NCBI GenBank assembly: GCA_048882385.1
Contig: JBHLRQ010000023.1
Span: forward strand, 1 to 37,270
Origin: Candidatus Thorarchaeota archaeon
Lineage (GTDB): Archaea > Asgardarchaeota > Thorarchaeia > Thorarchaeales > Thorarchaeaceae
Length of the DNA stretch: 37,270 nucleotides
Direction: 5' to 3'
Shown: positions 18,461 to 26,126 of the stretch, piece after piece
Position numbering within the stretch: position 1 is the first letter of the stretch
How the letters are laid out: each line of letters starts with the position of its first letter
Position numbers and translations under genes: made by a program
The notes under the pieces: generated by a model
Told to the model about the DNA's origin: nothing
The model's database searches: none
The model's input: the letters and a program-made list of their open reading frames with translations, nothing else

Positions 18461-18672
18461 GATAATTCATCCTGCGATGGCCACTCTGGGCAACATCGCT
18501 AGCCTCTCCAGTCCACAGAAATCACTAGAATCGCGTTTTCATGAATTGTTATAAACTCTTGGCAATTTTTTGTGACTTGAATGCCTTTTAGTCTGTATCA
18601 CTGAGAGAACATAACATCTCAAGTTCTTGGTTTTCTATCAATTTTCTTGCTAGAGATCTAGAAAGGGGATTA

Positions 18673-19089
18673 TTGATGACAAAAATCTGTGATGCTTGTG
18701 GGTCTACTGAAGGAGTACAGTTTGTTTACAACTCGTTCTCTGATGGAGGAGAATGGAGATGTGATGCGTGTCTCAACAAGAGGTTCTCTGAAGGATCACG
18801 AGTTGTCAAATTTACAGACACTTCTCACCCAAATCGTCCAGCCTATTATATGTGCATAGAGTCTCAAGAAGACTTGGATCTGATCATGACTGTTGGAGAG
18901 AGAGCACACACAATTGGAGCAAAGGGAATTGAAGCCTGTTTCTATGCAGCTTTCAAACATGGACGCCGAATTGGTCCATCTGCTTTCACATTGGGACATG
19001 AAGATAGTGTGGCCCAATTGCGTTCCCATGTAGATACATTACGGATGTACATTGAAACGTCAGAAAGATTGGCTTCAAAGAGAGAATAG
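18673..19089 (+). CDS. Zn-finger (CDAC...CDAC) hypothetical protein
   Basis: Two CxxC motifs at the N-terminus; SD-like AGGGGA upstream. Confidence 0.7.
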   Translation: MMTKICDACGSTEGVQFVYNSFSDGGEWRCDACLNKRFSEGSRVVKFTDTSHPNRPAYYMCIESQEDLDLIMTVGERAHTIGAKGIEACFYAAFKHGRRIGPSAFTLGHEDSVAQLRSHVDTLRMYIETSERLASKRE

Positions 19090-19157
19090 ATTCTGATGAA
19101 TTGAAATTAGAACCAACGGAAAATGCTAACAGGACGTATTTCTTCAGATAGTCGCAG

Positions 19158-20084
19158 GTGGGCACTTGTTTGGATCTAGTGGACAAAACGATAATGATTG
19201 AGATTTCTTCTAATTGTCGAATCAGCTATGAGAATCTCTCACGGAAGACGGGTCTCAGTGCCAATGCTGTAAAAAATCGAGTAACTGCACTCTTGGAGAG
19301 TGGAGCAATATCACGTTTTGCAGTATCCCTGAACGCTGCAATGATCAATGCTTCATATTTCATGGCACTTGTGAATACTGATGGGACTGAGGATATTGAC
19401 AAATTCATAGGAAGAATAGGTGAAAATCCGATGATTGGTCATATCAGTCTTCTAGCCAGTGCTACTGGTGGAGCATACCTTGTATGGGGTCAGTACATAG
19501 GTTCATCTATGCTATCCAAATTGAGACGTTTTCTGCGCCAACACACAAAAGTTCGTAGTGTCGAACTTCATACCATCATATCTCCTGTTGGAAAAAAAGT
19601 AGAGCTAGCGAATCTACATCTTCGAATTCTTGCTGTTCTCAAGAATAATCCTCGAGCCATGATAAACGATATAGCTCAGGAAACTGGACTGGCACCAAAA
19701 ACTGTTCGACGAGCCATCCGTGAACTCATGGAAGATGGAGGTATCTATTTTTCTGCTAGGCCAGATATGGCTGCTGGAAAAATTGTTAATTTCTTTGTGC
19801 GCTTTGAGTATGATGAAGATCAAATCACTTTAGAAGAGGTCGTAAAGTGGTTGCAGGATCAATATCCTCTCGAGCTTTGGGATCCGACCCCTTCAGCTAC
19901 CGAACCAGTTTTCTTTGCTGAGTTTGTGGTTGAGTTTCTCCATGAGGCTGAGGAGATTGCTCGCCATATCCGCAGTAGGTCTTTTGTGAATTCCACAACA
20001 ACACTTGTCTGTTATTCGAGTAAGAAGTTCTCGTACCTTGCTGAAACTATGCTTGAAGACATGATTCATGATGCAGGATACTAG
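19158..20084 (+). CDS. Tandem Lrp/AsnC-type regulator
   Basis: NCRISYENLSRKTGLSANAVKNRV and NPRAMINDIAQETGLAPKTVRRAI, each followed by a RAM/ACT-like segment. Confidence 0.85.
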   Translation: MGTCLDLVDKTIMIEISSNCRISYENLSRKTGLSANAVKNRVTALLESGAISRFAVSLNAAMINASYFMALVNTDGTEDIDKFIGRIGENPMIGHISLLASATGGAYLVWGQYIGSSMLSKLRRFLRQHTKVRSVELHTIISPVGKKVELANLHLRILAVLKNNPRAMINDIAQETGLAPKTVRRAIRELMEDGGIYFSARPDMAAGKIVNFFVRFEYDEDQITLEEVVKWLQDQYPLELWDPTPSATEPVFFAEFVVEFLHEAEEIARHIRSRSFVNSTTTLVCYSSKKFSYLAETMLEDMIHDAGY

Positions 20085-21210
20085 AAGTAGGAGCGAGATC
20101 GTATTGACACCTGAAGAACCGTATCGATATGAGATGGGTCCAATAAGACCTCCTAGTGAAGCTACTAGTCTTCTTCTTCGAGTGACCCGTAATTGTCAAT
20201 GGAATCGGTGCTTATTCTGTCCGGTGTACAAGGAATCTGAATTCTCTGCACGTCCTGTCGACCATGTGTTACGTGATATCGATTTGATAAAACGCTATAC
20301 TGACTTCCTAGATAATCCGACTGATGATGTTCTGATTGAAGAGCCACTAGCGTACAACTCTGCGATTATGTGGAGTGGCAACAGAATGAAATCTGTATTC
20401 CTCCAAGATGCTGACTCATTGGTCATTGGTTCAGAAAACCTGTCTCTAATTTTGGAGCATCTGAAAGACAATTTTCCAAACATTGAGAGAGTCACAAGTT
20501 ATTCACGCTCTTCAACATTGAATAAAATGAGCGTTGATGACCTTGCTGCACTTCGAGAGTCGGGACTTTCAAGAATCCATGTTGGTCTTGAGTCAGGTTC
20601 TGATAATGTGCTCAAGATGGTTCGGAAAGGTGCTTCAAAGGCCATCCATATCCGAGCAGGAATGAAAGTAAAATCAGCAGGAATAGAGCTTTCAGAATAC
20701 TTCATGCCTGGTCTTGGAGGAAGAAAATTCTCCAAGGAGCATGCTTTAGAGTCTGCAGATGCATTGAATCAGATTGATCCAGACTTCATTCGACTTCGTC
20801 CCCTTGCATTCCCAATTCGAGCTCCCCTGTACGAGCTTATGATCTCTGGTGAATTTGATAGATGTAACGACGTTGATGTAGTAAAGGAACTGCATACTTT
20901 TGTAGCCAGTTTGGATGGAATCTCAAGCTATCTCGTGAGTGACCATATTCTTAATCTATTCGCTGATCTGAATGGAAAACTACCAGAGGACAAGAAATTC
21001 CTGATTGGGATACTGCAAAGATTTCTTGAATTGGGTGAAAGTGAACAACTTCTATATCGATTCGGAAGACGACTAGGAGCATTTTCAAGTCTGGATGATC
21101 TTTCTGATGGTTCCCGTATAGAAAAAGTAAACCACATTATGTTGGAGAATGGAGTCACTTCTCAGAATATTGACAGACTGATAGATCAGATGTCTCAGCG
21201 ATTCATCTGA
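20068..21210 (+). CDS. Radical SAM protein (no SPASM or B12 domain)
   Basis: CQWNRCLFC cluster motif, IRPPSEA, GLESGSD, SDHILN; true start may be slightly downstream. Confidence 0.9.
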   Translation: MMQDTRSRSEIVLTPEEPYRYEMGPIRPPSEATSLLLRVTRNCQWNRCLFCPVYKESEFSARPVDHVLRDIDLIKRYTDFLDNPTDDVLIEEPLAYNSAIMWSGNRMKSVFLQDADSLVIGSENLSLILEHLKDNFPNIERVTSYSRSSTLNKMSVDDLAALRESGLSRIHVGLESGSDNVLKMVRKGASKAIHIRAGMKVKSAGIELSEYFMPGLGGRKFSKEHALESADALNQIDPDFIRLRPLAFPIRAPLYELMISGEFDRCNDVDVVKELHTFVASLDGISSYLVSDHILNLFADLNGKLPEDKKFLIGILQRFLELGESEQLLYRFGRRLGAFSSLDDLSDGSRIEKVNHIMLENGVTSQNIDRLIDQMSQRFI

Positions 21211-21596
21211 TTCCATTTCCCTAAGCTCAGACTGCGTTTAAAGCCCCTGATATTGTTCAATCATTCCTATTTTCTCAGTCGCCTCTGTCCATGAAATAAT
21301 ATTCATTCTACTCATCTTATTGTATGTAGGTGTATAACAATGGCAAGTGAGAAAGGCACTGTCAAGAACTTGAGAAATCTCCCAAATAATAGACGCCGAG
21401 TTAGCATGTCTTATGTTTATCATAACCGCTTTGATAGGTAGATTAAATTTCTCTATATCCTCGAGTCGAAATCGGATGGAGTGAAGATCACCAATCTTCA
21501 CTCTATTCCATAACTGTTTTTCACCAAATCCCCGAAACCTCGGGTTCGTAGATCATGGATTTGTGTATCCAGAAGAAAATCAATCAAAATGAGTTT

Positions 21597-21632
21597 GAGG
21601 GAGGCCGTGTGCAGCTTCACGGCCAATCCCTC
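21597..21632 (-). terminator. Strong hairpin downstream of the two basic micropeptides
   Basis: Minus strand GAGGGA-TT-GGCCGTG-(8 nt)-CACGGCC-TCCCTC, followed by T-rich sequence. Confidence 0.6.
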
Positions 21633-21668
21633 TTGGTTACAGACTACACAATGGCTGAGTTCCGGTTT

Positions 21669-21764
21669 CTAATTTCTGTAAAGATAAGCATGAGCCAAGG
21701 CTTCAGTTGACTGAATCTTCTTAGCCTTGATTCTCTTCTTCTTGGTTGATTTTTCTATTGCCAT
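21669..21764 (-). CDS. Lys-rich micropeptide B (31 aa), not in ORF track
   Basis: MAIEKSTKKKRIKAKKIQSTEALAHAYLYRN; strong SD GGAGGT 8 nt before ATG. Confidence 0.65.
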   Translation of the reverse strand: MAIEKSTKKKRIKAKKIQSTEALAHAYLYRN

Positions 21765-21787
21765 TCATATTACCTCCATATTGTATC

Positions 21788-21886
21788 TCACTTTCCATCT
21801 GTGTAGTCTAGGTAAAGGGACCTCAGTGTCCTGAGTCCGCTTCCTCTCTTCTCGGAAAGCCTGTTGTTCTTCTTTTCTTCAGCCAT
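21788..21886 (-). CDS. Charged micropeptide A (32 aa), not in ORF track
   Basis: MAEEKKNNRLSEKRGSGLRTLRSLYLDYTDGK; purine-rich SD-like GGAGAGGATGTGA upstream; TATA-like CTTATATT near 21966-21973. Confidence 0.55.
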   Translation of the reverse strand: MAEEKKNNRLSEKRGSGLRTLRSLYLDYTDGK

Positions 21887-22072
21887 TGTGTTCACATCCT
21901 CTCCGAACCTCGGAGCATTTTCCACGACTCCCAACGTTCGTCTGTATTTGTATTACGTATTACATAATATAAGTATTTAGGTTACCTATTTTGTGATATA
22001 TAAATACATACTCAGAAACTGTGACGCAAGACATAAACAGATGAGTGAAATCCACTCCAATGTGGATGTAAG

Positions 22073-22429
22073 ATGGAGCGGTTTGAACGAGCCATGGGAA
22101 TGACACCAAAACAATGGAATGACAGTATGGTTGAGCGCACGTCAAACTGTAGATGCAAAGAATGTGCGACGTTCATCCGTGCAATCGATGAATCACAGAT
22201 GCACTACAAATCCATTGGCTGGGATGTATCAAAAGAATCTAGAGAATCGAAACTTGGTATACAGTTCTGTCACAGCGGAAAAAGTCCTCGAATCTCTGAA
22301 GAACGATCATGTTTATGCAAGGACTGTCCAGTGGCGCGTGAGATGTTCATAACTTATACTCATTATTGTATAAACGGAGATGCTCCATCTCGTATGGGAG
22401 CTCTCGCTGGAATGTCTGAAGAATTCTGA
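22073..22429 (+). CDS. DUF2769-like Cys-rich protein
   Basis: CxCxxC...FCxxGKS...CxCxxCPV...YCxxG pattern. Confidence 0.75.
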   Translation: MERFERAMGMTPKQWNDSMVERTSNCRCKECATFIRAIDESQMHYKSIGWDVSKESRESKLGIQFCHSGKSPRISEERSCLCKDCPVAREMFITYTHYCINGDAPSRMGALAGMSEEF

Positions 22430-22431
22430 AA

Positions 22432-23202
22432 TCAAGTCTGTTCTTTTGCGTTGAGTTTCCTAATAGTTTCAAGAGCAATCTTGATCATGTTCTTCTCGCC
22501 AATATCGAATTCCTCAACTCGTTGTCCCTTGTAACGATTCTCTGTTGTGACAAGATTTGATCCTACGGTGAGTATTCCTCCAGCTCTCTTTCCAAGATCT
22601 ATCGAAGCCATCAGAATCGCTGAGAGCTCCATCTCAAGCGCCACAGCTCCTAGTTTAGCATATTGCTCATTCAGTTTTGGTGAACGTTCTCGAAGGTAGA
22701 AATTCTCGCAGGTTCTTACAACGCCTGTATGATAGATTGCCCCAATCTCTTGAGCTGAATCAATCAATGTCATCATAACATCAAGATCGGGCACTGCTGG
22801 AAACGCTATTGGTGCAAACTCGAGTGTACATCCCTCATCACGAATACATCCCGTTGCAATTATATTGTCACCCAAGTTGATCTCTTTCTGATATGTCGCA
22901 CACGAACCAATACGAATGAAGGTGTCTGCACCAATATCTGCAAGTTCTTCAACTGCAGTGACTGCGGAAAAAACTCCCATCCCTGTAGACATCACGGTGA
23001 CATCTACACCTTGATACTTGCCAGTGAATGAGAGGTATTCCCTATGAAAACCCATTTCCTCAGCTTCATCAAACATCGAAGCTGTAAGCCTAGCGCGTTC
23101 TGGAGATCCTGGTAGCAAAACATACTTTGCAATCTCATCTTCTTTCAATTGTATATGAGGTGCTCTCCCATCTTCACCTCTCATGACTCCTGGATGCGCC
23201 AT
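22432..23202 (-). CDS. udp: Nucleoside phosphorylase, uridine phosphorylase family
   Basis: LLPGSPERA, HREY, STGMG, FIRIGSC, IRDEG, EME motifs; exact substrate uncertain. Confidence 0.85.
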   Translation of the reverse strand: MAHPGVMRGEDGRAPHIQLKEDEIAKYVLLPGSPERARLTASMFDEAEEMGFHREYLSFTGKYQGVDVTVMSTGMGVFSAVTAVEELADIGADTFIRIGSCATYQKEINLGDNIIATGCIRDEGCTLEFAPIAFPAVPDLDVMMTLIDSAQEIGAIYHTGVVRTCENFYLRERSPKLNEQYAKLGAVALEMELSAILMASIDLGKRAGGILTVGSNLVTTENRYKGQRVEEFDIGEKNMIKIALETIRKLNAKEQT

Positions 23203-23314
23203 AGTCTAATTGGTGTCACTCTTAGTCTTAAGTCTATAACATCGTTGTAAGGAATGCCATAGAACATTTATTGAGAACAATAACTATCTGAATAACTAGC
23301 GATACTAGAATGGT

Positions 23315-23336
23315 TTGTGACCAGATGTGGTCACAA
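23315..23336. promoter_or_regulatory. Perfect palindrome in a divergent intergenic region
   Basis: TTGTGACCA-GATG-TGGTCACAA, 9-bp arms with 4-nt spacer. Confidence 0.5.
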
Positions 23337-23441
23337 CAGTTTTTAATTGAGTCTTGTAGATTGTTAAAAAGCGGAGGAGTTAAACTACGAGAAAATGAAC
23401 AATCCATCTTCTCCAGGCATGCGTGGAATGGGGTTTGAAAT

Positions 23442-24428
23442 TTGAGTGAAGAATTCTACTCCAAATTATTGAATTATCTTAAAATCTTTGAAGAATGGCA
23501 AAACTGGCAAGTTAGTAAACAAGGCGACAAAGATCGTCCACAACTTCCAGAATCAATTCGTCCACTCTTGCATGAATGCATTTTCAATAACTATAGATTC
23601 ACTGAAGAACAAGCTGACACTCTGATGTCTTATTCAAATGTGATGCTGTATTCTCACAAACCATTTACAGACTTTGTGACAATTCTCGCATATTGTGGGG
23701 TCAAGGGTTCTCCAAACATGGAAACCTCTATCGATATTGACCCATATATATTGAGAGAAACAAAATCGCATCCATGTGAAATTGCAGCTCGTTGCCTAGG
23801 AGAATCAGGAGTATTCAAGAAGGAAGAAGTACCTCTCTATTATGATTACGGAGTGCTTGGATTTCAAGTGCCTGATTCATTTCGTGGCATTTTCCTTATT
23901 TTAACAAACTACCGTGCATTTGCAGTTGGAGGGATTGTCAATAAACGTGAGCATTTCTATAAACTCGTCTATGAACATATCGAATCTTTCCTGCGATCAC
24001 TTGATTACATATTCATCGATAAGCGATTGACGAAAATTCAAAATCAAAAAACACTAATTCGCGCTGAGAGCTATACGAAATTCTTTATGACGCATAAAGA
24101 GAAGTATTCTATCCCTCTATTCATCCCCCTTCCTGGAACAATCAAAATAAAATCGTTAAAGATGTCTGAAGAAGGGTATCGCGAAGATTGGCTACCAGTC
24201 TTTTTCTCACCTATTGATTTACAATCGGACATTGATAGTCTAAAGAAGAACTTTGATGAAACAAGGAAGAAATTTCCGCAATCAGACATCTTGACAAAGT
24301 ATCCCTATTCAAAGAAATCTATAGACAAGGATGATTTGAAACGCAGAACAGAAGCATTGCATGATAAAATATTAGGTATACATGAACCAATTAAAGATAC
24401 AACTGTAGCTTGGCATGTAGACTCTTGA
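23442..24428 (+). CDS. Hypothetical protein, possible PH/GRAM-like domain
   Basis: 328-aa ORF; GIFLILTNYRAF resembles the G-x-L-x-L-T-N-x-R strand of PH-like folds. Confidence 0.6.
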   Translation: MSEEFYSKLLNYLKIFEEWQNWQVSKQGDKDRPQLPESIRPLLHECIFNNYRFTEEQADTLMSYSNVMLYSHKPFTDFVTILAYCGVKGSPNMETSIDIDPYILRETKSHPCEIAARCLGESGVFKKEEVPLYYDYGVLGFQVPDSFRGIFLILTNYRAFAVGGIVNKREHFYKLVYEHIESFLRSLDYIFIDKRLTKIQNQKTLIRAESYTKFFMTHKEKYSIPLFIPLPGTIKIKSLKMSEEGYREDWLPVFFSPIDLQSDIDSLKKNFDETRKKFPQSDILTKYPYSKKSIDKDDLKRRTEALHDKILGIHEPIKDTTVAWHVDS

Positions 24429-24490
24429 AGTATCTCCTTCACTATATTTGGAAACATTCTCAACCGCGTTGGAACAGTGGTGATTGATTC

Positions 24491-25987
24491 TCAGTGCAAA
24501 AATGAACGAATACCTGACCATACCATCGCAATATCTGCCTCGTCAGCTGCTTGGATTGACTGGCTATCTCGTATTGAGCCCCCCGGAGCTATGATTGCAA
24601 CCACACCTTTTTTCACCGCTGCATCTACGGAATCTCTGTACGGAAAGAATGCATCTGATGCCATTACAGCTCCTTTTGCTCGCTCACCTGCTCGTTTCAA
24701 AGCGAGTTCTACAGCTCCTATTCTTGAGGTCTGCCCCATTCCAATTCCAAGAGTCTTATTTCCTGTACTAATTACTGCTGCATTTGATTTTGCATATTTG
24801 ACTACTTTCCATGCAAAAATCAGGTCTTTCATCTGTTGTTTTGTTGGTTCCTTCTTTGTAACAACAGTCAGGTCCTTCTCTGATAATATGTACATATCAG
24901 TTGGTTGAACGAGAATTCCATTCGGAACGACTCTAACTGAGAGCTCAGGTATTCTATGGTCTTCAAATACGCAAAGTATCAAGTTCTTCTTCTTCGTGAG
25001 AATATTGAATGCGTCTTCGTCATAACCAGGCGCAATAATTGCATCAACAAACATCGAATTGAGTTTCTTTGCTAGTCCTTCAGGGATTGGTCTATTGAAT
25101 CCTATGACAGACCCAAATGCAGATAGATTGTCTGTGTCAAAAGCATGATCGAATGCAGTTTCAATGTCTTTTGCAGTAGCGAATCCACACGGGCTCGTAT
25201 GCTTTATTATTGCACATCCAGGGTCTGTGTGCTCAGAGAGACTGCCAATCGCTGCATAGAAGTCTACGAGGTTATTGAAAGACACAACTTTGCCATGGAT
25301 CTGTTTGAAGAATGGATTCTTTCCTGGCTTGAGATAGTACTTGGCTTCCTGGTGCCAGTTCTCACCGTATCTGAGTTCTTGCGGATTATCAAAAGCAAGG
25401 AAAAAGCTAGATGGGAATTTCTCGTTAGATGAAAGATAGTTGCTTATTGCAATATCATATCTTGCAGTATGCGCGAAGGCTTTCTTAGCCAAGTCTTTTC
25501 TGAGTTCGGAAGTTACATCATTATTGACTATTGCTTGAGCAACTACTTCATAGTCAGAAGGCGATGAAACAACTATGACTTCATTGTAGTTCTTTGCAGC
25601 TGCTCTGAGAAGCGTCACCCCACCAATGTCGATATTATCTAGTGCATCTTTCAGTTCGTGATGTTTCGAGGTGATTTCCTCGAATGGATACAGGTTTACT
25701 ACAACAAGTCCGACAGAGTGTATCTCCAATCTGTCCATTTCCATCTCATCATCTTTTGTACCGAGAACTCCTCCCAGTAATTTAGGATGGAGGGTCTTCA
25801 CTCGACCATTCAGAATCTCTGGGTAATCTGTAAAACTTGACACAGGTATTACAGAAATACCAGACTTCTTGAGGTGATTCGCGGTCTTTCCAGTACTGAT
25901 GAAGTCAAAATGTGAAGAAATGGTCTTACAGAACTCAACTACTCCGTCTTTGCTATAGACACTAACTACACCAAGTCTTCTCTCCAA
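24491..25987 (-). CDS. purH: Bifunctional AICAR transformylase / IMP cyclohydrolase
   Basis: GRVKTLHP, IDIGG, LRYGEN, IKHTSPCG, KSNA, ASDAFFP, PGGSIRD; probable TTG start at 25987 (track start 26026). Confidence 0.97.
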   Translation of the reverse strand: MERRLGVVSVYSKDGVVEFCKTISSHFDFISTGKTANHLKKSGISVIPVSSFTDYPEILNGRVKTLHPKLLGGVLGTKDDEMEMDRLEIHSVGLVVVNLYPFEEITSKHHELKDALDNIDIGGVTLLRAAAKNYNEVIVVSSPSDYEVVAQAIVNNDVTSELRKDLAKKAFAHTARYDIAISNYLSSNEKFPSSFFLAFDNPQELRYGENWHQEAKYYLKPGKNPFFKQIHGKVVSFNNLVDFYAAIGSLSEHTDPGCAIIKHTSPCGFATAKDIETAFDHAFDTDNLSAFGSVIGFNRPIPEGLAKKLNSMFVDAIIAPGYDEDAFNILTKKKNLILCVFEDHRIPELSVRVVPNGILVQPTDMYILSEKDLTVVTKKEPTKQQMKDLIFAWKVVKYAKSNAAVISTGNKTLGIGMGQTSRIGAVELALKRAGERAKGAVMASDAFFPYRDSVDAAVKKGVVAIIAPGGSIRDSQSIQAADEADIAMVWSGIRSFLH

Positions 25988-26126
25988 TAAGCAACACCAT
26001 CTATTGAACAGTACTTCTGTTTGCAACTACCAGTCCTAACGTAGCCTTCTTTCGCTCTCTTGAAGCCTAATAAAAACTAATTGATTAACAAAATGCATCA
26101 ATAAATGACTATGGTCTATTGTAGGA

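Noticed and set aside
18242-18502. Plus-strand 86-aa ORF in the track
   Set aside because: Starts inside the terminator hairpin and is antisense to the better supported zinc-finger microprotein
21238-21501. 87-aa minus-strand ORF downstream of the micropeptide hairpin
   Set aside because: No recognisable motif and weak start context; worth revisiting only if the attenuator idea holds
21597-21632. SECIS element
   Set aside because: No clean archaeal GAA/A or eukaryote-like AUGA/GA core, and no convincing Sec read-through candidate
20068-21886. Micropeptides (YLD, YTD, YRN motifs) as RiPP precursors for the neighbouring radical SAM enzyme
   Set aside because: The enzyme lacks SPASM and RRE domains, is convergently oriented, and no transporter or dedicated protease is adjacent
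24477-25432. Plus-strand ORFs opposite purH, and similar antisense ORFs across the window
   Set aside because: Shadow frames of well-supported genes
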